Positions 38,665-49,801 of a DNA stretch of 64,000 nucleotides are shown piece after piece (position 1 is the stretch's first letter; each line of letters starts with the position of its first letter). Source of the stretch: Candidatus Multivorans sp. GTDB lineage: Bacteria > Acidobacteriota > Thermoanaerobaculia > Multivoradales > Multivoraceae. The notes under the pieces are model-generated. The model worked only from the letters and a program-made list of their open reading frames with translations. It was not told the origin of the DNA and made no database searches. The translations under genes and the position numbers were made by a program. The stretch spans positions 2,784,001-2,848,000 of the forward strand of contig OZ245033.1 of the NCBI GenBank assembly GCA_965224025.1, given 5' to 3'.

Positions 38665-40838
38665 TCAGAAGTGGAGGTGGAGGCCGAGTTGGCCGCGGCG
38701 GCTGTTGCCGAGGCCGCTGCGGATGGTGCCGTCGACGGTCGCGGCTCAGGGTGTAGCTGACCTCGAAGGTCAGGAGTCCGTCGAAGGCGTTCCGGCCGCG
38801 CAGGGTCGCGGTCAGATCGTGGTAGCGGGAGCGCGCGGAGCTTTCGGTGTTCGTCAGGGCGTTGGTGCCGCCGCCGCCGGGATGGGTGCCGACGCCGAAT
38901 GGCGAGCCGAAGGCGGCATGGTTGCGGTCCACGAAGCGGAAGAGCTCGTCGGTCCGCGCGTGCTGGTAGGCGAGTTCGGCGGTCATGCCGCGGCCGAGTC
39001 TGCGCTCGAAGCCGGCGCCGAAGGACCAGGTTTCGGGCAGTTCGAGGTCCCGGTCGACGACCGTGATGTCGGGCAGGAAGGGCAGGGTGTCCGAACCGTC
39101 GATCTGCTGGTCGATGGGCGGCACCGGGCCCAGCGTTGGCGAGGCGGCGCTGCTGCGGAAGAGGACCTGCTGGAACGCGCCGTTCGTGGTCCGGGGGCCG
39201 GCCAGCACCAGGCTCGGGATGCGGGAAACGTACGAGCCGGCGTTGAGCCGCAGTACGTTGGAGCCGTCGCCGGAGGCGTCCCAGACCAGACCGAGGCGGG
39301 GCTGGAAGTTGTCTGTAGCGTCGGGGATCGTGCCGTCGGAGGGGAAGCGCGGGTCGTCGAGATAGGGGGCGAAGTACGTGTCCTGGGGCGCGATCAGCGG
39401 GTCGGGGTTCCAGGTTCCCTCCCAGCGCAGTCCGAGGTTCAGGACCACCCGGTCCGTCGCCTGCCAGGTGTCCTGCAGGAAGAGGCCGACCTCGTCGACC
39501 TCCAAGGCCTGCTTGCCGAGGTCTTCCGGCGGCACGCCGGGGACGGTCGCCGCCTGCAGGTAGAGCAGGACGGGCCCGGTGATCTCGGCCCCCGGCGGAC
39601 AGACGCCGGCGGCGCTGGTCGAGCCGTCGGAGCAGGTGACGTACCGGTTGCCCTGTTCCATGAAGTGGATGAAGCCGTCGACCGAATCGAAGATGTAGCG
39701 GCTGTTGCCGAAGCCCAGGAACTGCTGGCTGACGCCGGTCCGGTTGACTTCGATCCCGGCTTTGACCAGGTGATCGCCGAGCAGGGTGGAGACGTTGTCG
39801 ACGAGTTGCTTGCGCTCGTCCGCCCCATCCGCGCCGATGGGCAGGAAGAACGGGCCGCGCCAGGTTGGCGGGGCCAGCGACGCTGCGAACGAGTTGCTTG
39901 GTCTCCGAGGCGTCCTGCTCGTCGTAGGCGCCGAAGAAGAACGCCCGTTCGCGCCGGATCGGCCCGCCGAGCGTGAAGCCGTACTGCAGGCGCTCGAAGT
40001 CCGGCTTCGCGGCCTCGCCGGAGGGATGCTCGGAGGAGATCCCGTGCCATTGGCGGAACGTGTGCACCGTGCCTTCCAGCTCGTTGGTCCCCGACTTCGT
40101 GATCACGTTGACGAAGCCGCCTGCCGAGCGCCCGAACTCGGCGGTCGCGCCTTGGTTGATGACCACCATCTCCTGGATCGCGTCCTGGTTGAATGTGAAG
40201 GCCGGGCGCTGCCCGCCGCGCTGCTCGCCGAAGAAGGAGTTGTTGAAGTCGGCGCCGTCGACGATGAAGTTGTTGAAGATGCCGCGCTGGCCGCTGATGT
40301 TCAGTTCGTCGCCGTCCGGCCCCTGGGAGAGGGGCGCGCCCGGCGTGAGCAGGGTCAGATCGAAGAAGTTGCGGCCGTTCGTCGGCAGCCCTTCGATCAC
40401 CTCGTCGGCGAGCCGCTGCGAAGTCGTCACGTCGTCGGTGGCGGGCGTCTGGTACGCGTCCTCGCTGACCGTGATCTCCTCGGCGACGACCTCCTTCAGC
40501 GCGAGGTCGAGGTTCAGGGTCTGGCCGACACGAAGGGTCAGACCGGCGATCCGCTCCATCCACCCCTCGGTGTCCTTCGTCACGATCAGTTCGTAGGAAC
40601 CGAGCGGCAGCAGGGTGCGGGCGAAGGTCCCCGATGCGGTCGTCTCGACGGAGGTCACGAGTCCGGTCTCGCCGTGCTGAATCAGCACGTGGGCGCCCTC
40701 GACCGGCGCTCCGCCTGGGCCGCGGACGACTCCGCGGATGATCCCGGTCGTTGCTTCGGACTGGGCTGCGGAGGGGACGGCGCCTGCGGCGGCGGCCGCG
40801 ACCAGCAGGATGGCGGCGAGGGGCGAACGGAGCGTCAT
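38665..40838 (-). pseudogene. Oar-like TonB-dependent receptor with two frame-breaking internal deletions
   Basis: Signal peptide, carboxypeptidase-regulatory-like domain, plug (LPTNGRNF, AEFGRSAGG..NVITKSGTN); junctions near 39857 and 38737; C-terminus DGTIRSGLG..QLGLHLHF retained. Confidence 0.85.
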
Positions 40839-40945
40839 CACGGGAGTGCGCGTCTTGTGGCGCGCTTCGGAGCGCTGGATGATAGCGGGCGTTTGGGGGG
40901 CGCCGGATGGTAAGCCGCCGCCAACCGGTGTGCCCGGAAGGTGGC

Positions 40946-42388
40946 TCAGACGGGCAGGTGCTCCCGCAGCCGCCGCACCACGTCCGGCTGCTTCGAGATC
41001 AGGTTCTCCGTCTCCATCGGGTCCGCTTCCAGGTCCCAGAGAATCTCCTCGTTGCCGAAGCCCGTTACGAGCTTGTAGCGACCGTCGTAGGCGAGCCGCC
41101 AGTCGCGAAGACCGGACAGAACGACCTCGCGGTGGCTGTCGGTCCGGCCTTCCAGCAGGGGTCGCAGGGAACGGCTGTCCATGTCGGCCGGCGTCGCGAG
41201 CCCGGCGTAGTCGAGGAACGTGGCCGCGAGATCGAGCACGGTCGTCGGCAGGTGGCAGTCGTACCCGGCGCGGATGCCGGGCCCGGCGGCCAGCAGAGGC
41301 ACCCCGGCCGAGGCCTGGTAGGGCACGGACTTCCCCCAGCGCGCGTGGTCGCCGAGCATTTCGCCGTGGTCGCTCGAGTAGACGATGATCGTGTTCCCGA
41401 GTTGGCCCGTCTCCTCGAGCATCTCCAGGTAACTGCCGAGCCACATGTCGATGTTCTCGATCATCGCGGCGTAGTTCTGGCGCAGGGCCACATGTTCGGC
41501 GGGTGTAACGGCGCCTTCGTAGGCGAAGGGCTGGCCAAGGCTCTCGAGTCCGCGGACTCGCTGTTCCATTTCCGCGGTGATGTCGACCGGGGGATGGGGA
41601 CCGACGAAGTTGATCGCCAGGTGCCAGGGCTGGCCTTCCGGCGCCGCCTCGATCAGGTCCAGGCCGTTCTGAGCGATCCAGTTGTCGCAGTAGGCCTCGG
41701 GGCCGAGCGGTGAGGTGATCACGTCGCCCCACCAACTGTCCGGGTAGTTGGAGCGCCGCCGGCGGAAATCCGTGGCGCAGGCGCGGCCCTGCGGCGGTTC
41801 CAGCGAGTCGAGGTAGGCGTAGTACGGGTCCTTCGGCCCCTCCGGATCTTCGAGGTAGGACTGCATGCCGTCGCCCTTGCCGCAGTTGTTGATCTGGGCC
41901 GAGAAGCCCCAGTGAGAGGCGAAGTTCGTTCCGTCGATGCCCCAGTTGCCGCTGTTCTTCGACATGTCGAGCTTGCCGACGGCCATCGTGTGGTAGCCGG
42001 AGTCGCGGAGTCGGCCGTAGAAGGTCTGCCGGTCGAGCGGGTAGTCGGTGCCGTTGCCGGGCACGCCGCAGCGGTCGTACTCACGGCCGGAGGCGAGGCA
42101 GGCCCGGGACGGGGCGCAGACCGGCGACGGTACGAGGGCGCGGGTGAAGTTGACGCCGTCGCGCGCCAGACGGTCGATGTGAGGCGTGCGCAGCGGCGCC
42201 AGGCCGCGACCGTCCAGCCCGAGCCAGTCGGGCCGGTGCTGGTCGGGGAAGAAGAACAGGAGATTGGGGCGGTCGTCGGTCGCCGCCTGTTCCTCAAGTG
42301 CGTTGCAGCCGGCGAGGCCGGCCAGGGCGCCGCCGGCGATCAGGCGCGAGGACTGTTGGAGAAAGTCGCGGCGAGTGCGTGAGATCAT
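40946..42388 (-). CDS. Sulfatase, Tat-exported probable lipoprotein
   Basis: TRRDFL Tat motif, LAGC lipobox, PNLLFFFPDQHR, CAPSRA, SDHGE. Confidence 0.9.
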   Translation of the reverse strand: MISRTRRDFLQQSSRLIAGGALAGLAGCNALEEQAATDDRPNLLFFFPDQHRPDWLGLDGRGLAPLRTPHIDRLARDGVNFTRALVPSPVCAPSRACLASGREYDRCGVPGNGTDYPLDRQTFYGRLRDSGYHTMAVGKLDMSKNSGNWGIDGTNFASHWGFSAQINNCGKGDGMQSYLEDPEGPKDPYYAYLDSLEPPQGRACATDFRRRRSNYPDSWWGDVITSPLGPEAYCDNWIAQNGLDLIEAAPEGQPWHLAINFVGPHPPVDITAEMEQRVRGLESLGQPFAYEGAVTPAEHVALRQNYAAMIENIDMWLGSYLEMLEETGQLGNTIIVYSSDHGEMLGDHARWGKSVPYQASAGVPLLAAGPGIRAGYDCHLPTTVLDLAATFLDYAGLATPADMDSRSLRPLLEGRTDSHREVVLSGLRDWRLAYDGRYKLVTGFGNEEILWDLEADPMETENLISKQPDVVRRLREHLPV

Positions 42389-42422
42389 CGGGCTGTCCTT
42401 TTCGGCTCGGGTTCAAAGAATC

Positions 42423-42462
42423 GAACATAGTTGAACATAGCCAACATCGTTGGCTACATTAG
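42423..42462. promoter_or_regulatory. Putative operator in the divergent sulfatase/TonB receptor promoter
   Basis: GAACATAG direct repeats at 10-bp spacing overlapping palindrome TAGCCAAC-ATC-GTTGGCTA (42438-42456). Confidence 0.55.
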
Positions 42463-42544
42463 TCCACACAAAGCCATGGGATCGGTTGGGCCGTCTCGGA
42501 ATCGTCGCGGCGGCCGGTTGAGTCCCCAATCTGGAGGCCGAAGT

Positions 42545-45222
42545 ATGAACCGACGTTCCGTATGGCTCGTAGGGCTGGTTGCCGTGCTCAGCGTGGCGCC
42601 GCTGCTCGCGGACGGACCGCAGACCGGCACGATCGACGGCCGCGTCCTGGACGCTCAGGGTGCGCCGTTGCCTGGCGTCACCGTAACTCTGACCGGTCCG
42701 CAGAACACGCGGACGGTAATCACCGACGCTGACGGCGTCTACCGCTTCGCGCTGCTGCTCGCCGGCCGTTACACGGTCAACGCGGAGCTGGAAGGGCTCG
42801 GTTCGGCCGAACTCGCGACCGACCTCGATCCGGGCCAGCGGCGGGGCGTCGACCTGACGCTCGTGTCGGCGACCGAGGAGGAGATCACGGTTACCGGCGA
42901 AGCGCCTCTGATCAGCAAGTACGAGACGGCGGCTGCGGCGACGATCCCATCTGAGATCACGGACAACGTCGCCTTCGGCACGCGCGCCTACAGCGCGGCC
43001 GTGCGGCAGTTGCCGTCCGTCGTCAACCGGAGTGACGCGGACGCCCGGCCGTCGGTGAACGGCGGCATCTCGACCGAGGTCGGCGTCTACGTCGAGGGCG
43101 TGGACACCTCGATGCACCGCCGCGGCGGCGAGATGCGTCTACTCATCCCCAGCACCGCGCTGACCGAGACGAAGCTCGAGTCGACCGGTTTCGGCGCCGA
43201 GTACGGCCGGGCGACGTCCGGCATCATCAACTCGACCGTCAAGACTGGGACCAACGAGTTTCACGGCGAGGCGCTCTATATCGGCCAGAACCCGACGTGG
43301 CGGGCGCCGGACATTCTGGAATTGGAGCGTCCGGACGATCAGATCAACAGCTACGAGACCAGCATCGGCGGTCCGCTCGCCCCTAACCGGGCGTGGTTCT
43401 TCGTGTCCTATGGCCGGATCTCGGACAACCGGATCGATCGCTTGCGGGACGGGAGCGTCGTCAATCTCAGCCGCCAGGCGGATCCCCTGGTCGCCAAGGT
43501 GAACTTCCAGCCCAGCGACAACCAGCAGATCGCGATCACCTCGATCGATGCTCCGTCGGACGCGATCGGCTTGTCCGGCAACCCGGGCGACCAGTACGCG
43601 ATCATGAACTTCCCGCTGAACGGGCGGGTGCAGACGCTGAACTGGAGTCTCGGCCTGGGCACCTCGAACTTCCTCGAGTTCAAGATCGCGAACCGCGAGG
43701 AGTTCGTTGGCCGTCACGCGGCGGAGCAGCACCCCATCGATCCGAACGCGTCGCCGGACGACCCTCCGGGGAACAACTTCCGCTACCGGGATCTTTCCAC
43801 TGGCCTGCGCCACAACGGGCCGGCGGTGCGGCTGGCCGAGGGCTTCAACGACTTCCCGCGAGACCAGGCAAACGTGTCCCTGACCAGCTTCAGGGGCCGG
43901 CACGAGTGGAAGTTCGGCGTCGACGCCCAGGCGATCGAGTTCGCCAACCTGACCTCGATCATCACCGAGTTCCGCGGCCGGAACTACGACCCCAACCTGC
44001 CCGGCGGCTTCGTGACCCCGGTCAACAAGCGGGTGTTCGACCCGTCTGACGTGATCACGGAAACCAGCGACTTTCTGGCCGTCTTCGCCCAGGATCGCTT
44101 CGAGGTCGGGGACAACTGGGTCTGGACCCTGGGCGTCCGCGGCGATCAGCAGACGATCGACAACGACATCGGCGAGCGGGTCAACGAATACACCGAGTTC
44201 GTGCCCCGCGTCAGCGGTGTCTATGACGTGAAGGCCGACGGCAGCGTACTGCTCCGGGGCACCCTGGGACGCTACTACCACGCGATCGGCATGGGCATCG
44301 TGCTCCAGGAGTTCTCGCGTCAGAACAACGGCGAGAACGTCTACGAGCAGTTCCTGTGGAACCGCCAGACCCTGCGTTACGATCGGTTCCAGCGCCGGAT
44401 CGAGCCGACGTTCGACCAGGCGATCCAGGACGTCGACCCTTACTACAAGGACGAGATCTCCTTCGGCGCCGACTTCCAGGTGTCCGAGAAATGGGTCGTC
44501 AAGTCGCGGCTGGTGGCGAGCGAGGCGGACAACGTCTTCCACGCCACGCTCCAGTTCGACGATGCCGGCCGGGTGGTTCGCGATCTCCGCAACTGGGAGG
44601 ACGCACGTCGTGAGTACCGGGGGCTGCAGATCGAGGCGAACCGGCTGTTCCGCGACAATTGGACACTGCGCACGAACTACACCCTGAGTTCGACCAAGGG
44701 GAACATCAACTCGCTCAACGACAACTTCAACCTCAATGAGGGCTTGGGAGGCATCGAGGTGGGCACGGGCTGACCAACGCTACCTCGAGCGAGTACTGGT
44801 TCGGGCGGCTGCTCGAGGACCGGGAGCACTTGGCGAACGTGATCGGGATGAAGCGCTTCGTCTTCGGCAGGCACGACCTGGTGCTAGGGGGTTTCCTCCA
44901 CTACGCAGCCGGGCGGCCGTGGGGAAGCCATGTGTCGACCCAGGTACGGCACCCGGTATCGGGACAGACGATCACCACGTCGACGTACCGCGAGCCGTCG
45001 GACGCGAACCGGCTCCCGGACACCTGGACCGTTGATCTGTCCCTGATGTACTCGATTGCGATGGCGGGCAACGTGCGGGCCAAGATCGGCTTCGACCTCG
45101 CGAACGCGGCGGACAGCCAGGAACCGATCACGATCAACCAGTCGACCGGGCGGCCGAACGCGCTGGTGTCCTGGTATCAGCGGCCGCGCGAGTTCCGGCT
45201 GAAGGTGGGCTTCAGCTTCTGA
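42545..45222 (+). CDS. Oar-like TonB-dependent receptor, one frameshift near 44770 (sequencing error or recent pseudogene)
   Basis: GGAGG RBS, signal peptide, PLPGVTVTL, AEYGRATSGIIN..KTGTN; the -1 frame continues LTNATSSEYWFG...PREFRLKVGFSF. Confidence 0.85.
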
Positions 45223-47810
45223 TCCGGGCCGGCAACTTCGGTCGAGGCCAGGCGCCGCTCCTCGTGGGCGGCGCCTTGGTCCTCGTCCTCTCCGGCTGCG
45301 ACACGGCCGGCCCGGGGGCCGTCTACGACCGGGATCTGGGCGCCGCCGTCGACCAACTCAAGGCCGATGTCGCGGCCGAGGCTACGGACGAGTCGACGAT
45401 CGCCGCGCGGGCGGCGGTGGTCGCCGACTGGGCCGACGCTCTGGCCCTGGCCGGGCACGAGATGGGCCTGGAGGGGCCGCGGGTGCGTCTCTTCTCGACG
45501 TTGCCCCCGACCGGCGAGGCGGCCGTCAGCGCGGGCACGACGGTCGACCGGCTGGTCCGCGAGTTCACGCTGCGGGAAGAGGAAGGCGCGCTGGGTTCGC
45601 TGGAGACGGACACTCCGGGACCGTTCGAGGCCCGTCAGTACGCGACGGTTCGTCAGACCTGGACCGCCGGCACGCGGCCGGTCGAGACCGGCGGCGGGTT
45701 CTGGATCGCTCGCCACTTCAACGCGAACTACAGTGCCTTTCAGACTTCCGACCCGGCCGGCGCCGGCTACGTGAGTCTCGAGACCAGTGACGACGACGCC
45801 GTCTTCGAGGTCGACGTCTACATGGCCTCGGGACCTCACGGGGGCTTCCGCGCCCCGGAACCGGCCCTCGCCTACCGGCTCGTGGACGGGCGGCTCGATT
45901 CGGGTGAATCGGTGACGATCACCTACGGCGACACGTCCGGAGGCGGGCCCGGAATCCTGATGACGCAGACGACGGGTGCGCGGATTCCGTTCCCGCTCTA
46001 CATCGACCTCGACGGCTCCGGCGAGTGGCGCCCGCAGCCGATTCTGCCGTTCTCGGTGGTCGGCACGACGGTAGCCGGAGTCCACGGCTTCGCTCCCAGC
46101 GTGGTGCGGCCCGGCGAGGCCTTCGAGTTCTCGGTGCGCGCCGAGGACCGCTTCTACAACCGGGCCATCGGCGACGTTCCGGGCTTCGATGTCCTCCTGA
46201 ACGGAGAGCTTCGCGCCTCGACCGAGCCGGGAACCGAAGCGACCACGGTCGTCGAGCTCGCCCTTGATGAACCCGGCGTCTACTGGGCCACGATTCGCTC
46301 CCGGGGCGAGGGGCCGTCGATCGGCGGCGACGCCAACCCCATCCTGGTAGCCGAGAACTCCGAGTACGGCATCTACTGGGGCGACACCCACGGCCACTCG
46401 GGCTACGCCGAGGGCATCGGCACCCTGGACTTCTTCCTGCGGTTCGCGCGCGACGACGCCCGGCTCGACTTCGTGACCCACTCCGAACACGACGTATGGC
46501 TGGACGCGGGCGAGTGGGAACTGATGCGCGAGAAGAGCGCCGAGTACGACGAGCCGGGACGGTTCGTTCCCTACCTCGGTTGGGAGTGGACGCGGCATAC
46601 GCGCCAGGGGGGCGGCCACCACAACGTTCTCTACCGGACTATCGACGACCGAGAGGTGGTTTCGGTGCTGGAGTTCCCGACCCTTTCGGAGCTCTACCGG
46701 GAACTCGACACCCGCAACGACCGCCGCGACGTGGTCGTCATTCCGCATGCCCACAACCCGGGCGACTTCCGCCAGTCGCATCCAGGCCTGGAGCCCCTGG
46801 TCGAAATGATGTCGATGCACGGGACCTTCGAGTGGTTCATGCAGGAGTACCTGTCACGCGGCCACCAGGTCGGCGTCGTCGCCGCGTCGGACGACCATCT
46901 CTCCCATCCCGGCTACTCGGCACCGAACCGGAACTCGTTGGCGCAGCGGGGCGGCCTGGGAGCGGTGCTGGCGCCGGAGAGGTCGCGTGACGCGATCTTC
47001 GACGGGATGAAGGCACGGCGCACCTACGCCACGACCGGCGACCGGATCATCCTCTTCTTCGAGGTGAACGGGACCGGGATGGGGTCGCGGGCGCCGTTCT
47101 CCGAAACCCGCGAGATTGTGGGTCGGGTGATCGGCACCGCACCGATCGGCTCGATCACGCTGATCAAGAACGAAACGGAGCTATGGAGCGAGGATTACTC
47201 GCTGGATACCGATGGCGGCGCTCCGACCGATCTCATGGTGACCTTCTACTCGGAGGAGACGCCGGTCCACATGGGCGACGCTCCGCGCGGCTGGCGGCAC
47301 TGGCGGGGCGAACTGACCGTTGCCGGCGCCACGCTGGTCCGGGTCGAGGGGACGGACTTCGCCAACCCGACCACCCAGCACGTGGAGCAGAGCGGCAACG
47401 GTGCCGTCTTCCGCACGAACACCCGCGGCGAGACGAGTTCGCTCCGACTGTCAGTGGCGGACGTGCAGCCCGGAGCGGCGATCGTGCTCGAACTGGAAGA
47501 GGCGGCCGAGACCGGTTCGGCGCCGCCGTTCTATCGCCCGCGCGCCGTCATTCCGGGCGGCCGGGTTCGACTGCCGCTGTCGGATCTGCGGGGCGGCCGT
47601 TTGGAGCGGCTGCTGCCGATCGAGAACTACCCCGGCGACTCCGTGACGCTGCGGCGCGTTCGTCCAGACGGCCCGCGCGACCTCACCTTCAGCTATACCG
47701 ACACCGATACGCCGCGCCAGGGTGACTACTACTTCGTCCGCGTGCGCCAGTTGAACGACGCGATGGCCTGGTCGAGCCCGGTCTGGGTCGGAGGGCATCC
47801 CTCCCAGTAG
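45219..47810 (+). CDS. DUF3604-like PHP-fold metallohydrolase lipoprotein
   Basis: LSGC lipobox, WGDTHGHS, HHNV, IPHAHN, ASDDH, RRTYATTG, AWSSPVW; CTG start at 45219 inferred, else GTG 45264. Confidence 0.75.
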   Translation: MIRAGNFGRGQAPLLVGGALVLVLSGCDTAGPGAVYDRDLGAAVDQLKADVAAEATDESTIAARAAVVADWADALALAGHEMGLEGPRVRLFSTLPPTGEAAVSAGTTVDRLVREFTLREEEGALGSLETDTPGPFEARQYATVRQTWTAGTRPVETGGGFWIARHFNANYSAFQTSDPAGAGYVSLETSDDDAVFEVDVYMASGPHGGFRAPEPALAYRLVDGRLDSGESVTITYGDTSGGGPGILMTQTTGARIPFPLYIDLDGSGEWRPQPILPFSVVGTTVAGVHGFAPSVVRPGEAFEFSVRAEDRFYNRAIGDVPGFDVLLNGELRASTEPGTEATTVVELALDEPGVYWATIRSRGEGPSIGGDANPILVAENSEYGIYWGDTHGHSGYAEGIGTLDFFLRFARDDARLDFVTHSEHDVWLDAGEWELMREKSAEYDEPGRFVPYLGWEWTRHTRQGGGHHNVLYRTIDDREVVSVLEFPTLSELYRELDTRNDRRDVVVIPHAHNPGDFRQSHPGLEPLVEMMSMHGTFEWFMQEYLSRGHQVGVVAASDDHLSHPGYSAPNRNSLAQRGGLGAVLAPERSRDAIFDGMKARRTYATTGDRIILFFEVNGTGMGSRAPFSETREIVGRVIGTAPIGSITLIKNETELWSEDYSLDTDGGAPTDLMVTFYSEETPVHMGDAPRGWRHWRGELTVAGATLVRVEGTDFANPTTQHVEQSGNGAVFRTNTRGETSSLRLSVADVQPGAAIVLELEEAAETGSAPPFYRPRAVIPGGRVRLPLSDLRGGRLERLLPIENYPGDSVTLRRVRPDGPRDLTFSYTDTDTPRQGDYYFVRVRQLNDAMAWSSPVWVGGHPSQ

Positions 47811-47813
47811 CGG

Positions 47814-48248
47814 TTAGACGGGCTCCGCGATGAAGATCGGGATCGTGCGGGACGTCTTGTTCCTGTAGTCCTCGTAGGGCGGAAACGCCTCCACGGCGAG
47901 CGCCCAGACGCGGGCGCGTTCGTCGGTGTCCTCGACCTCGCACACGCGCATGGACTGGACTTCCGTGGCGTCCCGAAGCTCGACATCGGGGTGGGCACGC
48001 AGGTTGTACACCCAGACGGGGTTCGTAGGTGCCCCGCCTCGCGAGGCCACCAACACATAGCTGTCGCCGTCCTTCACCCGCATCAGCGGCGTCTTGCGGA
48101 TCGAACCGGTCTTGTTGCCCGTGTGGGTGACGATGATGCACGGCAGGCCGGTGTCCCGCAGGCCGACGCCCTCGGTACCGCCGCTGCCTTCATAGAGCTC
48201 CACCTGGTCGCGGACCCACTTGACGGGGCTTGGGATGTACTCAGCCAT
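47814..48248 (-). CDS. Deazaflavin (F420)-dependent nitroreductase family protein
   Basis: TGNKTGSIRKTPLM, VASRGGAPTNPVWVYNL, Y..KTSRTIPIF. Confidence 0.88.
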   Translation of the reverse strand: MAEYIPSPVKWVRDQVELYEGSGGTEGVGLRDTGLPCIIVTHTGNKTGSIRKTPLMRVKDGDSYVLVASRGGAPTNPVWVYNLRAHPDVELRDATEVQSMRVCEVEDTDERARVWALAVEAFPPYEDYRNKTSRTIPIFIAEPV

Positions 48249-48315
48249 AGCGCTCCTCATATCCACTTTCGTGGGAAGCAGCCAATCTACCCGACGGGCA
48301 GAGTAGATTCCCGCC

Positions 48316-49299
48316 ATGAGCGACCGGTGTATGGCGATCACCATGGGCGACGCTTCTGGCGTCGGGCCGGAGATTGCGGTGCGCCGGTTTGCCGATGGCT
48401 TGCTGGGCAGCGATGCTGTGATCTACGGCGACGTGGCCGTTCTGGCGCGCGCCGGGGAGATGCTGACTCCAGGTGTGCCGATTCATCCGATGGATGGGCC
48501 GGGAGAGGCGGTGGAGGGTGTGCTGAACGTCCGCGATCTCCGGCTGTTGGGTGCTGAGCAGGTGCCGCCGGGCATCCTGAGTCGAGAGGCCGGTGCGGCC
48601 GCGCTGGCCTATGTCGACCGCGCGACGCGCGACGCTTTGGCAGGCACGGTGGCGGGGGTCGTCACCCTGCCGATGAACAAGGAGGCGACGCGCATGTCGC
48701 GGCCGGATTTCCAGGGGCACACCGAGTTCATCGCGGGCCTGTGCGGGGCCGAGGACTTCGCGATGATGTTGACGGTGCCGGAACTGGCGGTGACCCACGT
48801 GAGTGCTCATGTCAGCCTGCGCGAGGCGATCGAACTGGTGGAGCCCGTGCGGATCCGCAAGGTGATCGACCTGACCCACGAGGCCATGTCGCGGTTCATC
48901 GAGCGGCCGCGGATCGGCGTATGCGGGTTGAACCCGCATGCGGGGGAGCACGGTCTGTTCGGGAGCGAGGACGAGGACGTCATCCGTCCGACGGTAGAAC
49001 GTGCGGCGGCAGACGGACTCGACGTGTCCGGCCCGCATCCGGCGGACACGATCTTCCGCCAGGCGATCCAGCTCGACCGCTACGACGCGGTCGTCTGCAT
49101 GTACCACGACCAGGGCCACGCGCCGATGAAGCTCTACGGCTTCGAGCGCGGTGTCAACGTGACGATCGGCCTGCCGATCATCCGCACGTCGGTGGACCAC
49201 GGCACGGCGTTCGATATCGCCTGGCAGGGAAAGGCCTTCACGGATTCCCTGGGCCATGCGCTCGACTACGCCTGGAAGCTGGCGGGACGCGTCGACTGA
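48316..49299 (+). CDS. pdxA: 4-hydroxythreonine-4-phosphate dehydrogenase family (PdxA/PdxA2)
   Basis: ITMGDASGVGPEI, GHTE, LNPHAGE, MYHDQG, RTSVDHGTAFDIA. Confidence 0.92.
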   Translation: MSDRCMAITMGDASGVGPEIAVRRFADGLLGSDAVIYGDVAVLARAGEMLTPGVPIHPMDGPGEAVEGVLNVRDLRLLGAEQVPPGILSREAGAAALAYVDRATRDALAGTVAGVVTLPMNKEATRMSRPDFQGHTEFIAGLCGAEDFAMMLTVPELAVTHVSAHVSLREAIELVEPVRIRKVIDLTHEAMSRFIERPRIGVCGLNPHAGEHGLFGSEDEDVIRPTVERAAADGLDVSGPHPADTIFRQAIQLDRYDAVVCMYHDQGHAPMKLYGFERGVNVTIGLPIIRTSVDHGTAFDIAWQGKAFTDSLGHALDYAWKLAGRVD

Positions 49300-49312
49300 C
49301 GCGTTGGAGGCG

Positions 49313-49783
49313 CTACATGGCTCGGACGGCGAGCAGCTCTTCCAGGCCACGCAGGTCGGCGGCGTTCCTTGTGTAGAGGGGCAGGTCGTTGGCCAGCGCG
49401 ACGGCGGCGATCAGCAGGTCGGCGAGGCGCCGGCGACCGACGGGGCCCCGGGCCAGGAGTGCGGAGTAGATGCGGCCGTACGCGCGAGCTGCCGCATTGT
49501 CGAATGGCAGGGGATCCCAGGTGGCGGCGGTCCACTGCAGACGGTCCTGCCGGCGGGCCCGTTCTTCGTCATCCTGGCCGGCCGCGAGAGGACCGACCGT
49601 GAGTTCGGCGATCGTGATGGCCGAAACGGCGGACAGTTCCGGCAGGTCTGACGCATCGATCAGGTCGTAGTCGATGACGACGGATGTGTCGAGCAGGCCG
49701 TGGCTGTCGCCAGCGAGCGTCTGGCTGGCCTGGAGTCCGGTTTCATGCGCCGCCTCATGAAGAGGGTGAACAGCAGAACTCAT
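49313..49783 (-). CDS. vapC: VapC/PIN toxin
   Basis: GLLDTSVVID, ITIAEL, ADLLIAAVA, LYTRN..D; start uncertain. Confidence 0.85.
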   Translation of the reverse strand: MSSAVHPLHEAAHETGLQASQTLAGDSHGLLDTSVVIDYDLIDASDLPELSAVSAITIAELTVGPLAAGQDDEERARRQDRLQWTAATWDPLPFDNAAARAYGRIYSALLARGPVGRRRLADLLIAAVALANDLPLYTRNAADLRGLEELLAVRAM

Positions 49784-49801
49784 GTCCGGCGAGTCGGGCT
49801 G

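Noticed and set aside
38568-41735. 1055-aa minus-strand ORF as a real protein
   Set aside because: It is a composite of an off-frame sulfatase overlap, the true TonB receptor N-terminus and off-frame read-through after a deletion junction
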